The position numbers were made by a program, and so were the translations under genes. From IMG/VR virus record IMGVR_UViG_3300028326_000005, positions 1 through 56,305 of that record: a DNA stretch of 56,305 nucleotides; one strand, written 5' to 3'. Source of the stretch: a virus (lineage: Duplodnaviria; Caudoviricetes). The notes below the pieces were generated by a model. That model was not told where the DNA came from and did no database searches. It saw nothing but the letters and a program-made list of their open reading frames with translations. Numbering within the stretch: the stretch's first letter is position 1; every line of letters starts with the position of its first letter. Shown here in pieces: positions 16,587 through 23,760 of this stretch.

Positions 16587-16889
16587 ATGAAATTTCAGCT
16601 TGGAAAATTGGTGGCTACACGCACCGTTGCAGACCTGATGGCAACCGACGCTCTGTTTTCTCAATTTGTATCGGACTCGCTTAAGCGGTATATGGATGGT
16701 GACTGGGGCGATCTGGACAAATCAGATCTGGCGCAGAACGAAGCAGCCCTGCAAAGTGGAGAAGACCGTCTATTCGCCGCATACAAACTCCATTCTGCGT
16801 TTGCCGGATGCAAGACCGAAGATAAAATCTGGATCATTACTGAATGGGACCGCAGTGTGACGACAGTGTTGTTTCCGAGTGAATATTGA
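16587..16889 (+). CDS. Plasmid/ICE-associated small protein family
   Basis: FQLGKLVAT...GDWGDL...NEAAL...IWIITEWDRSVTTVLFPSEY. Confidence 0.7.
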   Translation: MKFQLGKLVATRTVADLMATDALFSQFVSDSLKRYMDGDWGDLDKSDLAQNEAALQSGEDRLFAAYKLHSAFAGCKTEDKIWIITEWDRSVTTVLFPSEY

Positions 16890-16902
16890 GGAGAGATAAC
16901 CG

Positions 16903-17610
16903 ATGCTGGAAATTGAAAATGTTCAAACTCCGTCACCGGAGCAGTGGATGTCAATAATTCGCGGCATGCGGAATCCGATGAATAGCTGGGATAAAGCCGA
17001 TTCGTATCAAGAAAATTATTCGGACGGGTCCTCGGCATTTGTCGCTGGAGAGAAAGACCTAAAACTTATGTCCAAGTTAGCAAAAGAGAGCAGCCCGAAC
17101 CGGAAATTCCTTCGCATGATCGTGGTCTATCTGGACATCACTGCTCCGCTGTACTGGTGGAAAGAATTTGATACCTATAAAGTCGGTACGGTCGCCAACT
17201 CCTGCTCTACTATGCACAAGATTCAGGATAAGGAGTTCACGCTGGATGACTTCTCGCATGAGCACATCATATCTGATTGGATTGATGGTAACGTCGAGGC
17301 GTTTGTCGAGTTTGACAACGGTATTCAAAAGACATTCATCTCACCGAAAGATATTTTTAATACCGTAATAGATGCGTTAAATGCTTCACGTGATGCATTT
17401 CTAAAAAGCGGTGACAAACGCTTCTGGTGGCAAATGATTCAGTTGCTTCCATCCAGCTATAACCAACGCAGAACAGTGATGCTGAATTACGAAGTGCTCG
17501 CCGGACTGTACCCGGAGCGGAAGAATCACAAGTTGGACGAGTGGCGGGATTTCTGCGGCTGGATTGAACAACTTCCGTACCATGAACTGATTACTGTTGG
17601 TAAGGAGTAA
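16903..17610 (+). CDS. Divergent ThyX-like flavin-dependent thymidylate synthase
   Basis: RKFLRMI...APLYWWKEFDTYK...SCSTMH...LPSSYNQRR...RKNHKLDEW; canonical RHRx7S motif not present. Confidence 0.6.
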   Translation: MLEIENVQTPSPEQWMSIIRGMRNPMNSWDKADSYQENYSDGSSAFVAGEKDLKLMSKLAKESSPNRKFLRMIVVYLDITAPLYWWKEFDTYKVGTVANSCSTMHKIQDKEFTLDDFSHEHIISDWIDGNVEAFVEFDNGIQKTFISPKDIFNTVIDALNASRDAFLKSGDKRFWWQMIQLLPSSYNQRRTVMLNYEVLAGLYPERKNHKLDEWRDFCGWIEQLPYHELITVGKE

Positions 17611-17616
17611 AGAAGC

Positions 17617-17904
17617 ATGAGAACTATTTGGAAATTTCCTCTGAAAATTATCGAAACACAAGTGATTACAATGCCCGGGATATTCTTGAAGGGAGATCGT
17701 GACGTAATTACAAAAGGCAATGTCCTAAAAGTCGGGGTGATGAACAATGAGGCTTTTATATGGGCAATGGTTGATAATAATGCTCCACAAGTAATAAGAA
17801 TGATTCACATGATCTGGACTGGGGAGCCGTGCGATTGTTTGTACGAAGATTATGTTGGAACTATTGTTTATGACGGTCTTGTCTATCATGTGTTTGCGGA
17901 GTAA
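17617..17904 (+). CDS. Conserved small phage protein
   Basis: MRTIWKFPL...IWAMVD...TGEP...YVGT...LVYHVF. Confidence 0.65.
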   Translation: MRTIWKFPLKIIETQVITMPGIFLKGDRDVITKGNVLKVGVMNNEAFIWAMVDNNAPQVIRMIHMIWTGEPCDCLYEDYVGTIVYDGLVYHVFAE

Positions 17905-18079
17905 TCACCAAGAAAGTGGGCAGCCGGTGTGTGCACAGCAGATGACCTGTTTTTAATCGTTACGCCTGACGATATCGTGTTTGTTCCAGACGAATCAACG
18001 CAGTGTGGGTGTCTTGTGTTGTATACGCATGTTTTGGACAATCATTTACGGTGATTAACTTAAAGGAGGTCGCGTCTTA

Positions 18080-18211
18080 ATGTGCAGATGCCGAAAATGT
18101 AATGGAATCATGCAATTTCATTATACGGATTATGGCGGCTATTGGCGATGTACGTCATGTGGCCGCCGTTCTGTTTTGACCGCCACTGATGACAAGGAGG
18201 AACTGGAGTAA
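18080..18211 (+). CDS. 43-aa zinc-ribbon protein
   Basis: AAAGGAGGT RBS; CRKC...WRCTSCG; TAATG coupling to the next ORF. Confidence 0.55.
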   Translation: MCRCRKCNGIMQFHYTDYGGYWRCTSCGRRSVLTATDDKEELE

Positions 18212-18408
18212 TGAAAATCGATAACCAACTCAAACCGGAATGTGATGGGTGCCTAAACTTTGAACTGGATGCTAATGCAGAAACGGAAAACTACTTTTTC
18301 GGCGATGGTCGTTATCCGGATCAGCACATCACTATTAACTGCAAGAAACGAGTGCTATGCGATCATTTGTGCAGGTATTTAGGGAAAGTCAGCAACGGAA
18401 AGGAGTAA
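18211..18408 (+). CDS. Small Cys-rich protein
   Basis: AAGGAGG RBS; CDGC...C...C. Confidence 0.55.
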   Translation: MKIDNQLKPECDGCLNFELDANAETENYFFGDGRYPDQHITINCKKRVLCDHLCRYLGKVSNGKE

Positions 18409-18416
18409 ACAAAACG

Positions 18417-18869
18417 ATGCATGTAAAAGACGAGTATTCTGGACTCAAAATTATTGCGGTAGATTTTGATGGGACCTTGTGCGAGAACCAATGGCCTGAG
18501 ATTGGGCCTCCGAATGACGAAGTGATTCGCTATATTTTGGAAGAGCAGAAACTTGGTGCCAAACTGATCTTATGGACCAACCGTTCAAGTGTTGAGTTGC
18601 TGGCTGCCCGTCGATGGAGTGAAGAACACGGCATCGTGTTTGACGCGGTGAACGAAAACCTTCCGGAAATCATTGAGGCGTTTGGAGGACGGGACACCCG
18701 AAAAGTTTATGCTGATGAATATATTGACGACCGAGCGAATACCAGGTTTAACCTTCCATACATATCTTCCGAAACCAGGCAAAACAGATTTGTGTACACC
18801 CTTGGTTCGTGGTTAAATGAATTTTCCAAAGGAGCCGCATCGGGTGTTGACTATGGAAAAAAGGAGTGA
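18417..18869 (+). CDS. HAD-superfamily phosphatase (capless type)
   Basis: IIAVDFDGTLC, LILWTNR, RKVYADEYIDDR. Confidence 0.8.
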   Translation: MHVKDEYSGLKIIAVDFDGTLCENQWPEIGPPNDEVIRYILEEQKLGAKLILWTNRSSVELLAARRWSEEHGIVFDAVNENLPEIIEAFGGRDTRKVYADEYIDDRANTRFNLPYISSETRQNRFVYTLGSWLNEFSKGAASGVDYGKKE

Positions 18870-18874
18870 CATAC

Positions 18875-19045
18875 ATGAACGACAATGCCAAGTGCCGGAT
18901 TGAAAAAGGCGCCAGTATGGTTTACACCTGCCATGGAATTTATGCCATCATTTCATCTACCGGTAATACTCTTTTCGAGGGGCCGTTTGACGAATGTATG
19001 GACGAATACGAACGTCTCTGCGGAACGGATCTAGATATTTCCTGA
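18875..19045 (+). CDS. 56-aa hypothetical protein
   Basis: AAGGAG RBS; open frame to TGA 19045. Confidence 0.45.
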   Translation: MNDNAKCRIEKGASMVYTCHGIYAIISSTGNTLFEGPFDECMDEYERLCGTDLDIS

Positions 19046-19085
19046 TTGACAGACAAACCAAATAACATTATAGGAGGAGCTCAAC

Positions 19086-19253
19086 GTGTCTAAACAATCA
19101 AGTGCCTGTAAATCCTGTGGATTACGATGCAAAAATGGGAACTGTCTTCCTCTGGATACGCCCTGTAAATCGGTAGCAAACAGCCTATGCAATCCGATGA
19201 AGACCGCTTTCGAAATCGGGCAAGCAACGGAAAGCCCGGAGAATCGCAGTTAG
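19086..19253 (+). CDS. 55-aa Cys-rich hypothetical protein
   Basis: AGGAGG RBS, GTG start; CKSC...C...C...C...C. Confidence 0.45.
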   Translation: MSKQSSACKSCGLRCKNGNCLPLDTPCKSVANSLCNPMKTAFEIGQATESPENRS

Positions 19254-19378
19254 TTGGAGGTCAACGGTCTGTGCCCCTTCTGTTTGAGCAAACCGAAAGT
19301 TAAAAAGCCCGGTTGCAATTGTCGGGTATATTCTGAAAACATGCGGGATCTTTGTACCAGTTGTTCTTTAAGCATTAC

Positions 19379-19409
19379 GGGAGCCTTGCACAAAGGCTCC
19401 TCGTTTTTC
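19379..19409 (+). terminator. Terminator-like hairpin upstream of nrdD
   Basis: GGAGCCTT-GCACA-AAGGCTCC then TCGTTTTT. Confidence 0.6.
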
Positions 19410-19441
19410 AAAATTTCCAGCAAGAGAGGAATCAGTAAAAC

Positions 19442-21379
19442 ATGAATGACACGGAATTCGGACAAAAAGTCAGAAAAATTTTTGATACGATCACACTGCA
19501 GCAGGCGACTGACTGCGAATTGAAACGCGACAACGCCAATATCAACGGTGATACCCCCATGGGGGCCATGCTTCAATACGGGTCTAACGCCGCCAAGGAA
19601 TATTATCTGGATACGATGGTCGATCCGGATATCGCAGACTTGCATCGGAAAGGGTACATCCATATTCATGATCTGGATTTCTATGGATGGACTACCACAT
19701 GCACCCAGATTGAGCTCAGGAAGCTGTTTAAGGGCGGCTTCAACACCGGACATGGACATCTGCGGGAACCTAAGTCCATCGGCTCCTATGCTGCGCTGGC
19801 GGCGATTGCGATACAGTCCAACCAGAACGATCAGCATGGCGGGCAGTCGGTCACGGACTTTGATTATGCAATGGCCGACGGCGTTCGGATGACCTACCAG
19901 AAATATCTGGAAGAAGCGTTTGAAATTGCGTCACACTTCGGTGAAAATGACATTGCCTGGCGGGAAGAATACGCGATGAAAAAAACTGAACGAGACACGT
20001 ATCAGGCGATGGAAGGGTTGATCCATAACCTGAACACCATGCATTCCCGCGCCGGAGCGCAGGTACCGTTTAGCTCCCTTAATTACGGCATGGACACTTC
20101 CTGGGAAGGGCGAATGGCGATACAGCAGCTTTTGCTGGCTACGGAAGCAGGCCTTGGGGACGGAGAGACCCCTATATTCCCGATTCAGATTTTCCGAGTA
20201 AAGGAAGGCGTAAATTACAACCCGGACGACCCGAATTACGACCTGTTCCGGCTGGCCATACGGGTAAGCGCCAAACGACTGTTCCCGAACTTCTCCTTTC
20301 TGGATGCGCCATTCAACCTACAGTATTACGATCCTAAAAACCCTGGCACACAGGTTGCATATATGGGCTGTCGTACACGGGTGATCGGGAATGTATACGA
20401 CCCAAGCAGGCAGGTAAGCCCCGGAAGAGGAAATCTGAGTTTCACCACCATCAACCTTCCCAGAATTGCCCTCGAGTCTGAACTTGTATCACCCTCCGAT
20501 CAGTCGAGAAGAATTGAATGCTTCTTCATGAAAATGGAAGAGATACTTGAAAGTACTATGCATCAGCTTCTTGATCGCCTCCGTATACAGCAGAAACGAA
20601 AAGTCCGCAATTTCCCGTTCCTGATGGGTGAAGGGGTTTGGATAGATAGTGACAAGCTTGACCCGGATGATGCGGTTGGTGACGTCCTTAAACATGGTAC
20701 TCTTTCCATCGGATTTATCGGCCTGGCGGAGACACTGAAAGCCCTGATCGGCGTCCATCATGGGGAAAGTGAGGAAGCGCAGAAACTGGGTCTGCGGATT
20801 GTACGGTATATCCGCAATTTCTGTGATATTCAGAGCAGCACCTATCATTTAAACGTAACCTGCCTTGCCACACCTGCCGAAGGCTTGTCCGGACGGTTCG
20901 TACGGTTGGATCAGGAACGATACGGAAAGATTGCCGGGGTAACTGACCGAGATTACTACACCAACTCATTCCATATTCCGGTGTATTACCAGATCTCTGC
21001 CTTTGACAAGATCAAACTGGAAGCACCTTATCACGCGCTGACAAATGCCGGGCATATTTCGTATGTAGAAATGGACGGTGATCCCAGCAAGAATCTGCAG
21101 GCGTTTGAATCCATTATCCGCTGTATGAAAGAAAACGGCATCGGATACGGATCCATCAACCATCCGGTGGATCGGGACCCGGTATGCGGATACAACGGCA
21201 TCATTGGTGACACCTGTCCAAAATGCGGAAGAAGCGAGGAAATAGACGGACATATGGATAAGGTTCCGTTCGAACGGATTCGCAGGATTACCGGGTATTT
21301 GGTAGGGTCTTTGGACAAATGGAACAACGCCAAACGGGCGGAAGAACGTGATCGGGTGAGTCACAATTTGCCTAATTAA
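19442..21379 (+). CDS. nrdD: Anaerobic (class III) ribonucleoside-triphosphate reductase, no ATP cone
   Basis: IHIHDLDF, TTTC, QHGGQS, YMGCRT, GRGNL, TPAEGL, YYTNSFH, glycyl-radical loop RIRRITGYL. Confidence 0.95.
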   Translation: MNDTEFGQKVRKIFDTITLQQATDCELKRDNANINGDTPMGAMLQYGSNAAKEYYLDTMVDPDIADLHRKGYIHIHDLDFYGWTTTCTQIELRKLFKGGFNTGHGHLREPKSIGSYAALAAIAIQSNQNDQHGGQSVTDFDYAMADGVRMTYQKYLEEAFEIASHFGENDIAWREEYAMKKTERDTYQAMEGLIHNLNTMHSRAGAQVPFSSLNYGMDTSWEGRMAIQQLLLATEAGLGDGETPIFPIQIFRVKEGVNYNPDDPNYDLFRLAIRVSAKRLFPNFSFLDAPFNLQYYDPKNPGTQVAYMGCRTRVIGNVYDPSRQVSPGRGNLSFTTINLPRIALESELVSPSDQSRRIECFFMKMEEILESTMHQLLDRLRIQQKRKVRNFPFLMGEGVWIDSDKLDPDDAVGDVLKHGTLSIGFIGLAETLKALIGVHHGESEEAQKLGLRIVRYIRNFCDIQSSTYHLNVTCLATPAEGLSGRFVRLDQERYGKIAGVTDRDYYTNSFHIPVYYQISAFDKIKLEAPYHALTNAGHISYVEMDGDPSKNLQAFESIIRCMKENGIGYGSINHPVDRDPVCGYNGIIGDTCPKCGRSEEIDGHMDKVPFERIRRITGYLVGSLDKWNNAKRAEERDRVSHNLPN

Positions 21380-21380
21380 T

Positions 21381-21650
21381 TGCCCACTTTTGAACTCCAA
21401 AACTGGGCGCTGCCCACTTTTATCTGGCCATATTCTGAATCAGCGAGAAAAAACAACGCAAATCGCCGGAAAACGCCCAGAAAAAGTGGGCAGTTGCCCA
21501 CTTTTAAAAGCAAAAGTGGGCAGAAGAAAACCCTTATAAATCAACGGTTTGCGGACTTTCTGCCCACTTACCCACTTTTATTTATAAGTAGACGCGAAGA
21601 AAAAAGTAATAATATATATAAAGTGTAAAATAAAAGTGGGCAACTGGGCA
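21381..21650. repeat. Iteron-like array, putative replication origin
   Basis: About ten copies of AAAAGTGGGCA/TGCCCACTTTT in both orientations around an AT-rich tract (21575-21635). Confidence 0.75.
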
Positions 21651-21723
21651 GAAGCAATCTGAATAAACGGAAAGGAGGACAATCGGCGTCGAATTCAATT
21701 TTCAAACCCTCGTAAAATGACAG

Positions 21724-21752
21724 TTGAAAAATGGAATATTTTCCAGTATACT
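21724..21752 (+). promoter_or_regulatory. Host sigmaA-type promoter
   Basis: TTGAAA-17-TATACT; spacer holds the inverted repeat TGGAA-TATT-TTCCA. Confidence 0.6.
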
Positions 21753-21779
21753 GCATCGGGAAGTAAGGAGGTGGCAATC

Positions 21780-21968
21780 ATGGAACCAAACAATAAAAAA
21801 ACCGACGACGAGTACAACACAATCTTTCATGATCGGGAACCCAAACCCAAAAACGACATGTCCCATATGTACGACGGTATGAGCCGAAAGAAGAAACCAA
21901 AATGTTGCGAGGCCTGTGGCGGCCCCTACCCGATGTGTAAAGACGGATGCTCACTGTTTGACGACTAA
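21780..21968 (+). CDS. 62-aa Cys-rich protein
   Basis: AAGGAGGTG RBS; CCEACGGPYPMCKDGCSLFDD. Confidence 0.65.
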   Translation: MEPNNKKTDDEYNTIFHDREPKPKNDMSHMYDGMSRKKKPKCCEACGGPYPMCKDGCSLFDD

Positions 21969-22037
21969 TAAGGGGGTGACGTGTCAAACTACAAACGTAT
22001 AGAACAACCCGGACAAAAATAAGGATGATTGTGAGAG

Positions 22038-22751
22038 GTGCGTATGAAAAGAATTGGGTCGGTACTGTTAATAATGATCCTGGTAAGCGGTATATTCTGC
22101 GGGGCTGCTTTTGCCGATGATAAAAAAGGCAAGGAAGTTACTTTTCTGGACATTCCGTGGGAGTCCAGCATAGAGGACACCGTGGCACTGTTAAAAGATA
22201 AAGGTGTAATTGTCGATATTGCACAAAAGTGTATTCCGACTGAAAATTGGTTAATTGACGGCAGTCAGAATGGGAATTTGCTAAATTCCAAATGCGCCAT
22301 TATGTGGTCTACTGAATATTCAGCGGTGTTGCAGAGCGCAGATTTTTATAAAGATGTTGAACTGACTGACTATGAAATCGGTGGATATGTGATATCAAAT
22401 ATGGAACTATTGTTTATGAACGATGGCGATAACTCCAAGTTGATTAGTGTTTGCGTGTATTTAGAAACGCCTTCCGGATATGACGCAACCAAAGATGTCT
22501 TCCCCAATATAAAAGAAAAGTTGGAATCGGTTTATGGAAAGTTAAAAAAAGTGAGCTGTTTCGGCTATAGGGGTTACAGCTATAAAGGTAACAATAATGC
22601 TGGTGTGTGCCTAATGAATTTAGCAGATAATGGCGGATGGATCACATTGGTGTATGGAAGAACGGATGCCGTTGATTTATTGAAAGAGGCTATGAAGTCA
22701 GTGCGCGACTCCAATCCCGATCTGTCAACAACAAACACCAACGGATTATAA
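22038..22751 (+). CDS. Secreted moron-like protein
   Basis: Signal peptide MKRIGSVLLIMILVSGIFCGAAFA; AT-rich; own terminator. Confidence 0.75.
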   Translation: MRMKRIGSVLLIMILVSGIFCGAAFADDKKGKEVTFLDIPWESSIEDTVALLKDKGVIVDIAQKCIPTENWLIDGSQNGNLLNSKCAIMWSTEYSAVLQSADFYKDVELTDYEIGGYVISNMELLFMNDGDNSKLISVCVYLETPSGYDATKDVFPNIKEKLESVYGKLKKVSCFGYRGYSYKGNNNAGVCLMNLADNGGWITLVYGRTDAVDLLKEAMKSVRDSNPDLSTTNTNGL

Positions 22752-22774
22752 ACCGATGCGTTAGGTTTATCTGC

Positions 22775-22810
22775 AAAGCCTGTGCTAAATAAGCATAGGC
22801 TTTTTTATTT
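22775..22810 (+). terminator. Intrinsic terminator
   Basis: AAAGCCTGTGCT-AAATA-AGCATAGGCTTT then TTTATTT. Confidence 0.8.
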
Positions 22811-22836
22811 CGCGAAAATTTCATGCCCTTTTATGA
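22811..22836 (+). promoter_or_regulatory. Phage promoter-like motif copy 7 (ahead of the nuclease-RNAP operon)
   Basis: CGCG AAAATTTCATGCCCTTTT ATGA. Confidence 0.78.
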
Positions 22837-22883
22837 GAGAGAGGGAACTCATGCACCGAGCATGTACCTTCTCTTTTTATTTT
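22836..22883 (+). terminator. Terminator/attenuator hairpin directly after motif 7
   Basis: AGAGAGGG..CATGC-ACCGA-GCATG..CCTTCTCT then TTTTATTTT. Confidence 0.6.
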
Positions 22884-22922
22884 GTGTTTAAAAAATCAAT
22901 GCAAGCGGAAAGGAGTGGTTTT

Positions 22923-23231
22923 ATGGCGGTATCCAAACCTGAAAGAGAGTTTCAGGCACAGTTGATCCGGGACGTGAAGAGTCGATTCTCAGGATGCATG
23001 GTTATGAAACTGGACTCCGGCTATATTCAAGGCATTCCAGATCTTTTGGTTTTATACCATGACAAATGGGCGACGCTCGAATGCAAAAAACAACTGACGG
23101 CAAAACGGCAGCCGAATCAGGAGCATTATGTGGAGCTCATGGACCGTATGTCTTTTTCCAGATTTATATCACCGGGGAATAAGGAGGAAGTGCTGGATGA
23201 ACTTCAACAAGCATTTGGATCTGGTCGGTGA
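22923..23231 (+). CDS. VRR-NUC-like PD-(D/E)XK nuclease (possible resolvase)
   Basis: EREFQ...QGIPDLLVL...LECK...QPNQ. Confidence 0.8.
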   Translation: MAVSKPEREFQAQLIRDVKSRFSGCMVMKLDSGYIQGIPDLLVLYHDKWATLECKKQLTAKRQPNQEHYVELMDRMSFSRFISPGNKEEVLDELQQAFGSGR

Positions 23232-23760
23232 GCACGCGTTCCTCGGGGCGAGCAAGTACCATTGGATCAACTACGACGATGAGAAAATTGCGGAAAGTTA
23301 TGCTAATTTTCTTGCCGCGCAAAAAGGGACGACGCTGCACGAGTTTGCCTGCCAGTGTATTCTGCTTGGGCAAAAACTTCCGAAATCGCAAAAAACATTG
23401 AACCTCTACGTGAACGACGCAATCGGATACCGGATGACCCCGGAACAGGTGCTGTACTATTCCGACAATTGTTTCGGTACGGCGGACACAATCTCTTTCC
23501 GGAACGGGCTGCTCAGGATCCACGACCTGAAAACCGGAGTAACCGCGGCGCACATGGAGCAGCTGATGATTTACGCGGCGCTGTTCTGCCTGGAATACAA
23601 GGTGAAACCAGCGGAAATCGGCATCGAACTTCGGCTGTATCAATCGGATGAGGTTCTTTGCCATAATCTGGAATCGGAGGAACTGATTCCTATTATTGAT
23701 AAAATTGTTACTTTCAATAAGATCATTAACCGTATCAAAGAACAGGAGGAGCAGGCATGA
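23197..23760 (+). CDS. PD-(D/E)XK exonuclease (Cas4/RecB-like fold)
   Basis: GTTLH, PEQVL, FGTADTI, IHDLKTG, QLMIYA. Confidence 0.75.
   Translation: MNFNKHLDLVGEHAFLGASKYHWINYDDEKIAESYANFLAAQKGTTLHEFACQCILLGQKLPKSQKTLNLYVNDAIGYRMTPEQVLYYSDNCFGTADTISFRNGLLRIHDLKTGVTAAHMEQLMIYAALFCLEYKVKPAEIGIELRLYQSDEVLCHNLESEELIPIIDKIVTFNKIINRIKEQEEQA

Noticed and set aside
18417-18869. Second RNAP-like DFDG motif
   Set aside because: It is DFDGT, HAD motif I, with the other HAD motifs present
19046-19074. sigmaA promoter TTGACA-17-TATAGG
   Set aside because: The -10 lacks the conserved final T and overlaps an RBS; too weak to call
21593-21620. Further CGCGA motif copies (21593 and 13552)
   Set aside because: They lack the C at +8 and the TWATG at the fixed distance
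23197-23760. Cas4 as evidence of a CRISPR system
   Set aside because: Stand-alone phage PD-(D/E)XK nuclease without the C-terminal Cys cluster; no array nearby
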